From NCBI GenBank assembly GCA_028534125.1, contig CM052817.1:41728001-41792000 (forward strand): 64,000 nucleotides of DNA. Reading direction: 5' to 3'. The notes beneath the pieces were generated by a model. That model was not told the origin of the DNA. It did no database searches and worked only from the letters and a program-made list of their open reading frames with translations. Origin of the DNA: Lama glama (taxonomy: Eukaryota). Of the stretch, positions 27,501 through 39,845 are shown piece after piece (positions within the stretch are counted from its first letter, which is position 1; each line of letters opens with the position of its first letter). The position numbers were made by a program, and so were the translations under genes.

Positions 27501-27764
27501 TCCTTCTGGAGGAAAGAGAGGAACAGAGGGTGGAAAGAACGGTGAATCTTTCTGAAACCAGCATCCGACTGTCACGTAGCTTCCCTGGGGGAGAAATCTG
27601 CTTTCTATATCCTCTCAGGCATTTAATATCTTCCTTTCTAATCCAACCCAAAGATTCTTAAACCATATCCTCAACTGTCTGATGCCCCTGATTTTCCATT
27701 TTCGGTCTCATTTCTAACCCCTCCTATTGTTCTTAGAACATTTTTACTCCAAGTATGAGAGGCA

Positions 27765-27975
27765 AAACAGTACAGTGCTTAGAGACATGAACTTGGGTAC
27801 CAAGTGGTCCTAGGTGCAAGGCTACACACTCCAGCTTACTCTCAAACTCCAAGCTTCCATATCCAGTACCCATCTTGCTTGGTTCTGAAGGTCCAGAGAG
27901 ATAATGTGTGTAAGTGCATAGAACAGTGGCTGACACAAAACAAATATGTCTTTTCAGTAGTAAATAATTAATATT
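27765..27975 (+). mobile_element. MIR SINE fragment
   Basis: gtacagtgcttagagacatgaacttggg...gagataatgtgtgtaagtgcatagaacagtggctgacaca. Confidence 0.7.
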
Positions 27976-28127
27976 AGTTTTAATTTAGATTTTTATTAAG
28001 TATTTTTCTTTCCTTGCCCTCTCTGGCTTCTTAGAAGCTCAGTCTACAAATATATAAAATCTATTGTATTCCTATTTAAAATATTTTAAAATTCTATTAA
28101 AAATTTTTTTTACTAAAAGGATTCTCC

Positions 28128-28472
28128 TGAGTGATTGCCAAGATGGTGGAGAAGGATGCATAGCTCACCCTCTCCCACGAATACACCAAAAACTGCATCT
28201 ACATATGGAACAATTCACCCTGAATACCTACTGAACTTTGGCAGAATATCTCTTACATTGGAAATACAAGTAGAAGCCTCACAAAAGCAGATAAACAAGT
28301 TTCTACTGTACAGAACAAGGAACTATAGTTAATATCTTGTAGTAATCTATACTGAAAAAGAATATAAAAAGAAATATACATATGTATATGGATGACTGAA
28401 ACATACTTCACACCAGAAATTGACACAACATTGTAAGCTCACTATACTTCAATAAAAAATATATTTTTTTAA
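28128..28472 (+). mobile_element. Short L1-derived element: L1 5'UTR head fused to L1 3'UTR tail (probable spliced, retrotransposed L1 RNA)
   Basis: Head CCAAGATGGTGGAG...gctcaccctctcccacgaatacaccaaaa; junction aaaagcag|ataaacaag at 28290/28291; tail homologous to 50564-50750; AATAAA 28451-28456; ATTCTCC on both flanks (28121-28127, 28473-28479). Confidence 0.8.
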
Positions 28473-28479
28473 ATTCTCC

Positions 28480-29430
28480 ATCTCTCTAGCTACTGCCATA
28501 CATAGTTTTCTCTCATTTACAACTTCTTGAACGAATATGCCAAACCTCTTGTCACCACATTCTCATTTTATTTATTCCTGAATGCACTGGTTTCCGTTTA
28601 GTTCCCCAAATCTAACACAATTTTAGAAGGCAATTTTTCCTATTCATGTTCTTCTAGCCAGAGCCCTTGCTAGGACTACAGGCTCATCTGGCTGTACGTC
28701 TCTACCTGGATATATGACTGGCACCTCAGACTCAGTAACGTTTAATTAAAACGCTGCCTTAGTTTTCAAGTATGTTTTGCCTCTTCTATTGCCCGTTCCA
28801 ACTAGGGGCACCACTACCATCCATTTGATAGTATTAAAATAACAACAAGCATTATCTTAACCACAAACTATAAAAGTAATAACTAAAGCTATCTGAATGT
28901 CTCCTCTGTGCCAAGCATTGTTCCAAGTATTTACAAACATTAACTCACTTAGTGGTCCAAAAAATCCTAGGAAGTAATTACTACCTATATCTGATGAAAA
29001 GCAGGCCTAAGTAACTTGCACAAGTTCACACAGCTAGGAAGTAGTAAAACCAGGTATTCTGCCTTTGGAGCCTATGCATTTAACCATTTTACTCTACTGA
29101 CCTCAGCTTGGAAGCCAGAAAGATGAAAGTCACCTTTAACTTCTCAATTTCCTTCACTTCTTTTATCGGGGTAATATACCAAATTCTGCTCATTTTAGTT
29201 CCTATATACCTAACAAATCTCTTCATGTTTTCATTTCATCTCACCTGTATGATTACTACATTCTTTGCTTCTAGTTCTTTCCAATGCATCTACCCTAATC
29301 CCACCAAAAGGATCTATCTAAAATTAAATTCTGATGGCTTCCTTCCCTGCTTCAGTGGTTCCCAATGACTTTGAGGATTAACAACTAAGTTTTACCTCTT
29401 CAATGCCAACTCTCATCACTTTCATCCACA
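28480..29430 (+). mobile_element. LINE-2 fragments interrupted by an antisense MIR (~28860-29100)
   Basis: ctctacctggatatatgactggcacctcagactc; gaagccagaaagatgaaagtcacc; cttcagtggttcccaatgactttgaggat; MIR: aagtaacttgcacaagttcacacagctagg. Confidence 0.7.
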
Positions 29431-30809
29431 CATATAACTAAGGATCCCAAATTGAGTACAGGATGTGTCCAGAGCTTAAGTTCAGGCAAGTGTGATAACC
29501 TAACAGTCTACTGAGCTATGAACTTTAGGAATTTTCTGGGAGAATTTAAATCTAGGGACAAACAAAGAAACAAACAAACTTATAAAACCAAAAACTAGCC
29601 AAAAAATGGGATAAGGGATTAGGAGTCAACGTAAGTTTGAAAGATAGCACAATGAGTTAAATTTTGGAAAATATGAATTTGAGGAGCCAGTGACAAATCC
29701 ATGCGGCAATGTACAGCAAATAAACTTGTGCTAGTAACAAAGTTCTGGTTACCAGAGGTAAGGAGTTATTTCAAATGTATCACATTTACCACCTCTTCAA
29801 CTGTTCTCCGGTACTTAACTACCAGTAACAATTGAAGAGACTGTAAAATACTAGCTACCAGCATTTCTTGGGACTAATAAAATGTAAGTCAGAGGAGAGA
29901 AAGTCACCTTCCCATTGCCAATTTTGCCATAGATTGCTTCTCATCGTGGGCACTATGGGGATTCAGAGTGTTTCTGGTACTGCCTGGTGAAACAGTAATT
30001 GTGCTTTCTGAATCTGAAAGAAATGTGGCAGCAGGTTGGGAATTGTGGGGTCTGGTAAAGCAGCCATAGGTAACATGGTATCTGTTGGAGCAGCAATGAA
30101 GTGCTGTAGAGTGAAATGTTGACAGGCCACCCATGGCCAGTAGGGAGCCTGCCCTGCCCAACAGAGCACATGGAGAACCTATTTGGAACCAAGATTTTTA
30201 TAGAAACATTTGAGATAATATTGACTATTCTCAGATATAACTAGGTTACTGGTGTTGGGGGGTATATCAATTATATCCCTCTGAAGTCTGGGAACCTAAA
30301 GTATTTACTGTAAAGGAGGAAGAAGTTGCAAAATTTAAGTATCACTCTTAAATGACTTATTTGGCACCAATAAAATTATAGGGACTGAGGAAAGTCAAAT
30401 TATGCCAGACATAATAAACATTTAGTAATTTTTCAAATAAACTTGACCTGCTTAGTGTTCTGACTTATCTGTGTTGGAATTATTTTGCAGCATATGTTGT
30501 GAGGTCTCTGAAGCTAATGATCATCTAACCTAAAAGAGTGCTTTTAGTACATAGTAGGCTCCTAAAAAATATTTACTAGATTGAATAAAAGTTGAGGAAA
30601 AAAGTCCAATTAATTTAACTTACCAAGCAATTCAAATGTCTTAAAATCATTGTATTTCTTTATACATTCTTTTTTATTTTTGCCAGGAACTCATTTATTA
30701 TTAAGGTTATCACTTATTAATAAGAACTCTTCTGTTTTTGTCCTTTATAATATTACATTAAAGTTGATAACTGTTACTAGTATTTTTTAAATATCTGTAT
30801 ATACATTCT

Positions 30810-31140
30810 TTTATTTATTCAAAAAGCATTCATTGACTGCTAGGCACTAGGCTAGATTCTAGATATGTAATGGTACAAAAGAAAATTTTTGTCCTCAAGG
30901 AGTCTACCATGATAGAAAGAAGTAAAGGCAACTGTAAATTTGGGGTACTTACTTCAGGATAGACACAATGTTAGTGTCTGTAAGTGAATTATTTTATTTA
31001 CTTCTCACAAAAATAATGATGAAATTTGGAATATATTCCCCATTTTAAGAAGTGGTCCCTCAAAGATTAAAGTGATCTGCCAAAGTCACACAGTTAGGAA
31101 GTTACAGAGCCAGAATTTCAATTTTGGGGTCTATGTTGGG
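30810..31140 (-). mobile_element. LINE-2 3' end followed by a MIR fragment (both antisense)
   Basis: ttatttattcaaaaagcattcattgactgctaggcactaggctag...gtcctcaaggagtctac; attcccattttaaga...gtgatctgccaaagtcacacagttagg. Confidence 0.7.
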
Positions 31141-31149
31141 TCAGTGCTA

Positions 31150-31372
31150 CTATTCCTCAATCTTTCATCATTCAGCTATGACACTGACAATTTTTGTCAT
31201 ATCAGGTACTACCTCCATTTAAATATTACTTGTCTAAAGCAATGATGTCTACGAAATCCTTAGTTTGATTTGTTACTTCCTTTCTTTCATAATATGCAAT
31301 AAATATTTGTATCAAAATAAAAAGTTTGTCCTCATACTACCACAAATTATCTTGAGTGTCACTTTGTATGGA
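31150..31372. mobile_element. MER113-like hAT-Charlie fragment
   Basis: caatttttgtcatatcaggtactacctcc...catactaccacaaattatcttgagtgtcactttg. Confidence 0.5.
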
Positions 31373-32169
31373 CATAGTGTGCTGTGTCATGTGACTTCAT
31401 GTGAAACTGGAGGGCCAAAGGGAAGCCAGGCGGTAGCAGCCATAAATCTTGCTCTTGTCTGCTCCCATGGTGAGAAATCTAATTGTTATGATCACACTTC
31501 CCTTTCACTACAGTCCAAAGCCACGATTCAACAAAACTAAGAGGTGTCCATGATCCTTCCCAGGGAGTGGCTCCCGATTATTGTCACCCAATGTCAACTG
31601 CTGAGGTTTAGCCTAAATTGGGTAGGTTTATAACAACAAGTCCAAAAGGCCATGAGCCACTTGATTCTTGTTTCAGTCTATCTTTTGCAGTTGTGGTTTG
31701 TCCTGTTTATTTATTTGTTTGTTTGGAGATGAAACTAGTCATGGCTCCTGCACTTGTCTGAATAGACTTAGAAAGGTGAAGCAATAGGGCTCCATTACAA
31801 GCAGTGGCAGGAATTAAAAAGATAACAAAAACAATGATTGTAAAAACATGTCTGCTTCTAAAATTATCTCCAAACCCTAGACTATTCTCTAAAGAAATTT
31901 TTATAATTATAGATACAATTTTATAAAGAAATCATTCTCTTCAAGGTCCCATTTAACCAGGATCTCCAGTCCTGAGATAGACAATTTTTCTGAGAACTAG
32001 AAAAAGCTCTTTAAAGAATGACTAATTTTTAAAGATTTAAGTACTCTGGTTAAAATCCTTACAAAAGCATTAGTCCTTCCTATGTCTCAGGAGTCCTGAA
32101 CTTCATATCACCTTCTCCACTGACACAACAGAAAATCATCCAAATTGCTTCTCTTCACAAAAGGTCACA

Positions 32170-32660
32170 CATGATTAGTGTCTGGCTACCCGCTCCCACC
32201 CTCATCTCATATTGCTCCTCCCCGCACGCACGGAATCCAAGCACGTTGGCCTTCTTACCCTTCTTTGTGCATGTTAAGCTCATTTATGCCTCAAGGTCTT
32301 CACACTTACTGTTCCTTCTGCCTGGGACACTTTGAGCAGTTCTTCCCTTTGCTCATCGAGCCGTTCAGCCCTCACCTCAATTGTCACCATCTCAGAAAAG
32401 CCCTTCATAACCACCCTTTGAAATTCTTTATCACCTACCTTGTTTTTATACCCTTTTGCATTTATCTCATGAAACGATTGAGCTTATTTTTATTTATATG
32501 CTTATTGTCTCTCTCCCCTAATTGAACATAAATTATATAGAAACAGGGACTTGGTTTTATCCTCTACTCTACGTCTTCAATGCCTATATCCTTATTCACT
32601 GTTCTATAACCTGATTCACATTCTGTATCCTTACTATTTAGAACATACAATATAGCAATA
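32170..32660 (+). mobile_element. LINE-2 3' region
   Basis: tgcctcaaggtcttcacacttactgttccttctgcctggg...gtcaccatctcagaaaagccc...ttgtctctctcccctaattgaacataaattatatagaaacagggac. Confidence 0.85.
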
Positions 32661-35029
32661 ATTAAAGAATCATTTTAGAGACCAGGTGACAAAGCTTGTA
32701 GACTTACTGTACTTTTACAGATCATGCGCTGCTTTCTCTGTTTTTCTCTCTCTTATCTTGGCATTTGACTGTCCTTTCTCACTTTTGACTGCTATCAGGA
32801 ATGCTCTTCCCTCACATGGTGTGGTAAGACCACACTATTCTTCATAAATCCAGCTTCTTCTCTTTCCTATATGTCCACTGAACAAATGACTCATTTGAAA
32901 TTAGTATATTTAAGACACAGTGAATCAAACTTTTATTCTATAATTTTTAAAATTCTACATACATGAGGCTTTTGTCAGTTGATGCGCAAGGCATCTTTGT
33001 AGCATTAAAGATGTGGTCTGCATTGGTTGATTTCTGATACAGTCAACTCTAGCTTTATGAGAGGAGAGGATCATTTGAGGATGTGATGGTGAGGAATAAG
33101 ACAAACAATATTTATACTGATGCTCACATCCATTTGGGTCACATTCTCATTCTGAAAAACAGCATGTAGATGAACAGAGTACAGCTTGTCCCATCTGGGT
33201 AGCAAAGGTATCTGCCAAGGATGGCAATTGGACCTCACTGCATGTGAGGAAGCTGTCCCTGGAATAAGGTAAGTGGGAAGAAACTAGGTGGTTAAAAGAA
33301 AAAAGAAAAAGAAAAAAAAAAAAGAAAACAAAACAAGGAGGCTCTAGTAGTCCATGTATTATCACTAGACCTAACCAGTAAGAGATGCTAATGGAATCAA
33401 TTTTCTAATATATCTAAGATTCTCCAGAATAGCTCACACTGCCTAATAGTTAACAAGACATCAAAATTTACCAGAATGAATGATAAAGTGTTGATGTGCT
33501 ATATATATTATTATAATATTATCCTGTGCCCAAATAAGAAACCCATATGCACATTTGTATTAACTTTGCTTTCATCATATTTAAGTGTATACTTAGTCTG
33601 TTTTAATGATGCTACTGTGAGGCATTTCCAAATACTACAGAATGTACAGAGCTTGACAGCAAGCCTTAATGGTCTGGTAACCACTGGAATAATGTTGGCC
33701 CCCAAATCTGGCATCTGCATCTAAAAAAAGGTCAAGTTACAGAGACTCATCCAAGCTATGCAAATGAGCTTTTTGTTTCTACTTTGGACTGTAAAGCATA
33801 TAATGCATGTGTTCTGAACAATTAAATTATAGTAATTTTTTTAGTTTATTTTAAAAACTGTCAAATTCAAGACACAAGCAAAGCAAACAATTTCAACTAA
33901 ATACATGTTGCAAATAATCTGAGATTTCTTAAAAATAGTAAACATGTTTTCTACGCACAGTTGACATTTATAAATAAATACAATGATTTCTAATGAAAGT
34001 TGTAACTTTTAAAAGAGCTACTAGCAAGTTAGAATTCAAGATGTCAGTTAAACATCAATTATTCTGGCAAGCAATAATTAAATTCACAAACGCTATGTAG
34101 ATACTGGCAATTCTTTCACACATCCGTTACTATAAATTACAATGAAATTTAAATATTCAGAGTGTTTGGCAAGTCATCTGCTTTGAAGCTATGTTGGTAG
34201 ATAATCAAAACTGAGAGCAGCAGACAGATATATACTGTTCTTTCCTACTGAGAAAACATAACCATATAGATAACTACTGCTGACCAGCATCGGCCTTCCA
34301 AAATAAGAATAAAAAACACAAGACTCCTCCACTCCTAGTCAGGTGGCATGAGTGCTGAGCTTTTTGCTTTTCATTAGAATCTGCAGGCAAAGAGCTGGAG
34401 AGCGCCTGTCTTGTGAGACATATGTATTGACCTCAAAGGGTGAAATGCAGGGCACTATTTATTCAGGTGAAAAAATACAAAGCTTTGCGTGTTGTTCAGC
34501 AGTGATCAAACAAAGAAGATTCCAAGGAATGTACTCCATGTGTGACTTTCAGAACTCAACTGTTGTATTTCCAATATTAAGTGGTGAGGCAGAAACACCA
34601 TCATTGTTAGGGCGGTGACGTTTTTATTCATAATAAACTTCCAAATAAAAGGATTCTATAATTTTTAGGTATAAACAATTGAGAAATGAATAAATTTAGC
34701 TCTATGATTAAATTTAGCTGTTTATGACAGCTTTAAGGGCATTAATCTGCTGAGATGAATGAATGATTTCTACAAATTATTATCACTGCAAAGTTTGGAA
34801 GCTAATATTCTACATTTTGGATAGCCTTTAGATGACTAAAAACGGTCACCATATTCTATCATGTAAATCTGATCAGGATGTCATCATCAAATTATTTACA
34901 AAGCACTCATTACATACTTGCTAGGTGATGGGTGTAAGACTCAAAACCTGATCTCAAAGAATTTACAACTGTGCTGCCCCATCTCAGGATAAATCCCTCC
35001 TCTGTGTATCTTTAAAGCTTTCTGCAACA

Positions 35030-35640
35030 GCAGGCTATTAGTTTTATCTTCCGTGGGTCTCAGTTTTCTTACTTACAAAATGAGGATATTAAGATAGATC
35101 ACTTACAAAGCTTTACCTTTAGGTATGAAAATTCTGAGATTCCACAATAACTAATTTCAAGAATTCTGAGGCTGAAGAGATCATGGGTGATAGAGCTGGA
35201 GTCTGAGATAAGAATGTGAAATATGGAGCTTTAATAAATAGATGGGAGGGAGGAGCACATTCCAGGGAATTGGAATTGGGCGAGCACAGATTAAAGGAGA
35301 GTTGACATAATAGTTTCAGAAGTCCAGTGATGGCATAGGCTTGCTCGAGTGGAGACACATAGGAGGGTAGCAGGAGAGAAAGTCAACTGGTAAGTTTGGC
35401 CAGGTGGCATAATGACTTGATTATCCAGCTGGGGCTTCAGGATTTATTATAGAGGCAAGAGCATTTTCTAAGGAGAAGGGGTAACTTTTGTAAAACATAC
35501 TTTATAGAGATTTATGAAACTGATATGTACGGGTGTATTAGAGGTGATAAGCCCAATTAGGAAGCTACAAGGATACAGGAACAGGTATATAAGGAACATA
35601 CCTCAGGGGGTTTCAGCTGGAAGTGCAAAGGGAAAAACAG
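35030..35640. mobile_element. MIR fragment (+, ~35030-35140) and antisense LINE-2 fragment (~35170-35640)
   Basis: gggtctcagttttcttacttacaaaatgagg; ggagggaggagcacattccaggg...gcccaattaggaagctacaagg. Confidence 0.65.
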
Positions 35641-37489
35641 AAATGTTATACCATGCACATGGTCCCCAAATCACTGCACTATAGGGTGGAGGTCAGTTTT
35701 ACACCCATCTTTGGAGGAAACCAGTCTGTATTTTCATTTTGCAGGGTAGACACTTCACATCACAGTAGAAATCTAGGCTCAGGAAAGGCCATATCCTGGT
35801 TAAGCGCCAAAGATACGAACAATAATTATATTCTCTGGAAATCTCGCTCCTCAGAATTAAGAATGGCATCTGTGTGCTGCCACTGCCACTGTGAGCCCTG
35901 CTGTTGCTCAACTGCAGTAAAACACACATGAACTAGAACAGGGCCAGCAAGGTGACAAAAGTTTTCTTTACATAGATTTATATGACCATAATTAACTAAA
36001 AAATTTCTTTGCTCTAACAATTTTTTTAGGAAGAGAATAATGTTTGCAATGCAAATAAAAGGATTTTTATAACATTATCTCAAAAAGGAACGAGAAGGAA
36101 GTACAAAAAAGCCAGAGAGGCATATGATCAACGAGAGAGCAATAGGCTGCAGAATGTGGATTTCACTAGATAGGTCAACAATCTAAAAAGTTCTCTTAGG
36201 GGTTGATTCCAATAGCACTCAAATAAAATTTTCATCAACGTTCTCATGGATTTATTTAATCCTCAATATGTACGCTATACTTGGTTGGTGAGTGCAAATC
36301 TGCAATTAAATTGTGAAAACAGTTCTTAGCATGTTACCTCTGGAGTCTTTTTTCCTAACTTAGTTCTCACAAGAAGATGAAAAATATTAAGAACCCGAAT
36401 CCCTCAGTATTCCTTGTGCCAAATACACTATGTAGATCCCATGGCAGGCATATTTAATGAGGGAGTCAATTGCTGCCTCAGTTCTAATTTGGCCTTTCCC
36501 AGTGTCCAATATGTTTCTCTCAAATGAACTGGTCCACGGGGAGCTTCAAAAAGTCAGGGTGTATGAAGAGAAGGAACAGGAAAAATTTCAGCATTATGAC
36601 AGTTTTCTGCAAGCTTTATTTTTTACAAAGTTATGTTAATTGATTTCTATGGTTTAAATTAACCAGAGCACAGGCAGCTTAATTAATCAAAAAATTTCCC
36701 TTAATATCAACCTACACACATGCTACCATCCCACTGTGGAGTAACATATTTCTGCATTGTCCTACATATGGTCCAAATTAGCACCTGCATAGTTCAGTTA
36801 TTAAATGAAAAACAGTCCTTTACTTGACCTACGGAGTTCTTGTATACAAGAACCTATCCAACAGCATTATGTCTTCCCTTATCAGATGTGTGTGGTATGA
36901 CATAATGAATGTAACACTTCAGTGCAATTGGCAAGATTTCAATTCCCAAGCACGGGGTCACATTTCCCTACTCATTGTTTTGAAAGCAGACATTATGCAT
37001 TGGGTAGCTCATAGTGAAGCTCTGGCGTTTTCCCCTCAGAGATCTCAAACCAAATCTAAGAAACTAGTAAGCTAAATTTAATAACAGTCTGAAAATTCAT
37101 TTGCTGAATAAGAGCTTCTTAGAATAAATGATGAAAACTCCAGAGACAAGTTAGGTGAATGTGTAAGGCCAGCCCCAAAGTCTCCTTTATCTGAAAATTT
37201 TAAAGGACAATAGCATTGCATAGACTATATATGATTCTGGCTTTGTGAGTAAGTTTCCTATTTTTGTTGCCTTGATAAAGCAACATCCAGGCCCAAATTT
37301 TAAATAGTTTCCTAATGCATTTCAAATTATGTATAACTACACAAATAATATATATCAATATCACTGTATTGCTCATATGAACTTTAATATTTTACCATTT
37401 CTATCTATTTTTAACATTTTTTTCTGAGACTTTTTTGGGACAACCATAATATACACATATGTCTGAAGTGCCTAGGCTTCAATGGAAGA

Positions 37490-37760
37490 GAAACAGAGTT
37501 TTGAGACTGTGTGAATAGCCATAATAGAATCTACAGAAAGATGTACAATTACACAGAAAAAGAGAAATGTGAAGGTGACTGTAATAAGAGTTTTTAATGA
37601 TGTCAAAGACTAGTAGTCGTGGCAAATAGAGGCTAAGCCTTATCCACTGGGTAGAGAACAAGAACAATGGAATTCATTTGGGACAGAAGAGGTCTAGTTT
37701 AGATAAAATTAATTACTTCCTGATTCTAAAGAACTAAACCAGCATGTAATAGTTAGAAAG
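37490..37760 (+). mobile_element. CR1/L3 LINE 3' region fragment
   Basis: gaaaaagagaaatgtgaaggtgactgtaataagagttttt...gagaacaagaacaatggaattc...gaggtctagtttagataaaattaattacttcctga, similar to the L3 3' consensus as recalled. Confidence 0.6.
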
Positions 37761-37839
37761 ATTAGAAAAATAGATAACTTAGGGTAAATGACAGAAATAA
37801 AACAGAAGAGTCTTATGATGCCCCAGAACAACAAACAAT

Positions 37840-38430
37840 GGTCAGTCATACCTGGAAGCTTACACTCTCATTCACCAGTTATAGAACAGAAAAGATATAA
37901 CTAATCTGGCAAAGAATCAGAAATGGACAGCTGCAATTAGCAAGGATGGCATGTAGCTCTCATATAAAACTATATTTGAAACGACTGGGACTCCAGTTTA
38001 GAAAGTGAAATCGAAAAATAGAGATGATTAAAGTCTATGAAACCCTGAAACTTACAAAAATGGACTTGTCTGTCAAATATTAAGATACTAGAACTAATGT
38101 GTACTCCTTGACACTCAAAGAAAGACATCTTATGATGCAGAAAATGTACGAGACTTCCATGATAGCACAAAAACTTTTTAAATATTTATTGAGCATCTGC
38201 TATGAATAAAGCACTGTGTAAATAGTATGTACTCAATAAATATCTCACAAACTGTGTGCTATTCCTATTTTTCAAAACTAAAGTTATTTTAAAAAGTTCT
38301 AAAATACTTATTTTAGGCAGTTGAGTAGTAAACATATGGAACTCATTAACTTTAACAGTTAAGCTAAAAATATAAATATGGTCAAGAGATATTTCATTTA
38401 ATTCAATGTGGATTGATCCATATTAGGTTA
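37840..38430 (+). mobile_element. Second CR1-like fragment, interrupted at ~38160-38265
   Basis: tggtcagtcatacctggaagc...gactgggactccagtttagaaag...gagatgattaaagtctatga...tactagaactaa...gtagtaaacatatggaactcatt. Confidence 0.5.
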
Positions 38431-38752
38431 GTTAAAAGAAAGTGGAGATTTTTCAGGTATACCTTTAGGTTTTATGTTATAAAATAAATATCACTCTCCT
38501 CTATTAAACATCTTTTGGTAATGATACAGTAAAAAAAAATCAAAGGGAACTTCTGTAGGACTTTGGACTTTATGAAAATTTAGACATCAGGGACTAGATT
38601 TTGTTACTAAGAAGTATTTATGAATTTAATGATATAATTATTAATGTATTGGTATGGAGGGGAATGTAGTGGGAGACCCCTGGAGATATCTTCACCCTTG
38701 TGATTCTATAAATAATAGTCTATAGATGCTTCATATTTACATGGTATTCTTC

Positions 38753-38779
38753 CCATCACCATCACCATCACCATCACCA
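38753..38779. repeat. (CCATCA)4.5 simple repeat
   Basis: Direct read of the sequence. Confidence 0.9.
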
Positions 38780-38959
38780 CATCAGCCCATAAAATGGCAA
38801 ATTCGTTGTCATATTATACTTGAGACAGAGGTGTTATACTAGAGAAGGAGAAAGAATTTGACAAAAATCTGCAGACAAGATTTTTAAAAGTGGGCTGAAT
38901 GAGAGTTAATTCACAACCTGTAACTCAGCATCCCTCACAGAATGCTGAAGGATGAACTG

Positions 38960-39200
38960 ATACAACATAAGGAGGGAGTGCTACCTGGCAGAAGACCTCA
39001 GGGCTCTGTTCTTGGTACCATTCTGTTCGACCTCTTTATCAAATTGGGATGATGACAGGGAAGGTTTTATCCACTGGCAGCCTTTAAGAGCTAGGAGAAA
39101 GAGGTGGGATGGCAGAAACAAGACTGGAAGGATCTCAATGGGCCAGAAGTGACAGGGTAAAACTTGAAAAATGAAACTAAGCAATATGCAGAAAATGCTG
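38960..39200 (+). mobile_element. CR1/L3 reverse-transcriptase fragment
   Basis: cctcagggctctgttcttggtaccattctgttcgacctctttatc translates PQGSVLGTILFDLFI, matching the CR1 RT motif GVPQGSVLGPxLFNIFI. Confidence 0.8.
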
Positions 39201-39239
39201 CCTTGGTGGGAAAGATCTAGCATAAAAGCACTGAAAAAG

Positions 39240-39390
39240 TGACCTCTGAGAAAGGGACTTCACTTTCTAAGTCTCAGTTCTCTCATCTATGTGATGGAGG
39301 CAACAGCAAGGCCTTACAAATTGTAAATGTGCTATGCGTATAAAATGCACAGCTTAGTACTTGATAAATTTTAGCTACTGTTCTTATTAA
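39240..39390 (+). mobile_element. MIR SINE fragment
   Basis: cttcactttctaagtctcagttctctcatctatgtgatgg. Confidence 0.7.
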
Positions 39391-39589
39391 ATATCTCATA
39401 GAGGATAACTGGAATCTGCCAAGTACTTCATTGTGACTCCATGGCAAGCTATCAAAATAAAAAACAATGACAAATGTCATGTGCTGTTCAACAGAACGCA
39501 CTGCTGCTCTTCCAATCATTAAAACTGTATCACTTTTAAGAATATAGAATGTTAGTAACAGTTCAGATCTTTTAAGATAAAAGAGTTGG

Positions 39590-39845
39590 GCACAATTTTG
39601 AGAGGGGAAACATGGATTGGAAATGAGACTGACCAGCTCTGTCACTAGCTAGAAGTGTGATTGGGGACATGTTACTTGGGGTCCCTGTGCTTCAGCTTCT
39701 CATCTATAAAATGGGAATGGTAAGAATAGCTAAATCATGGGGTTGTTGGGAGGGAGGATTCCAGAGATAAAATGGGCAAAGCTCTTAGCACAAGTCTGGC
39801 TAATGGGGAATGCTCAAAAAACATTAGTAATAGATATCATTAATA
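39590..39845 (+). mobile_element. MIR SINE
   Basis: cagctctgtcactagctagaagtgtgattggggaca...cttcagcttctcatctataaaatgggaatggtaag...aaagctcttagcacaagtctggc. Confidence 0.85.
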
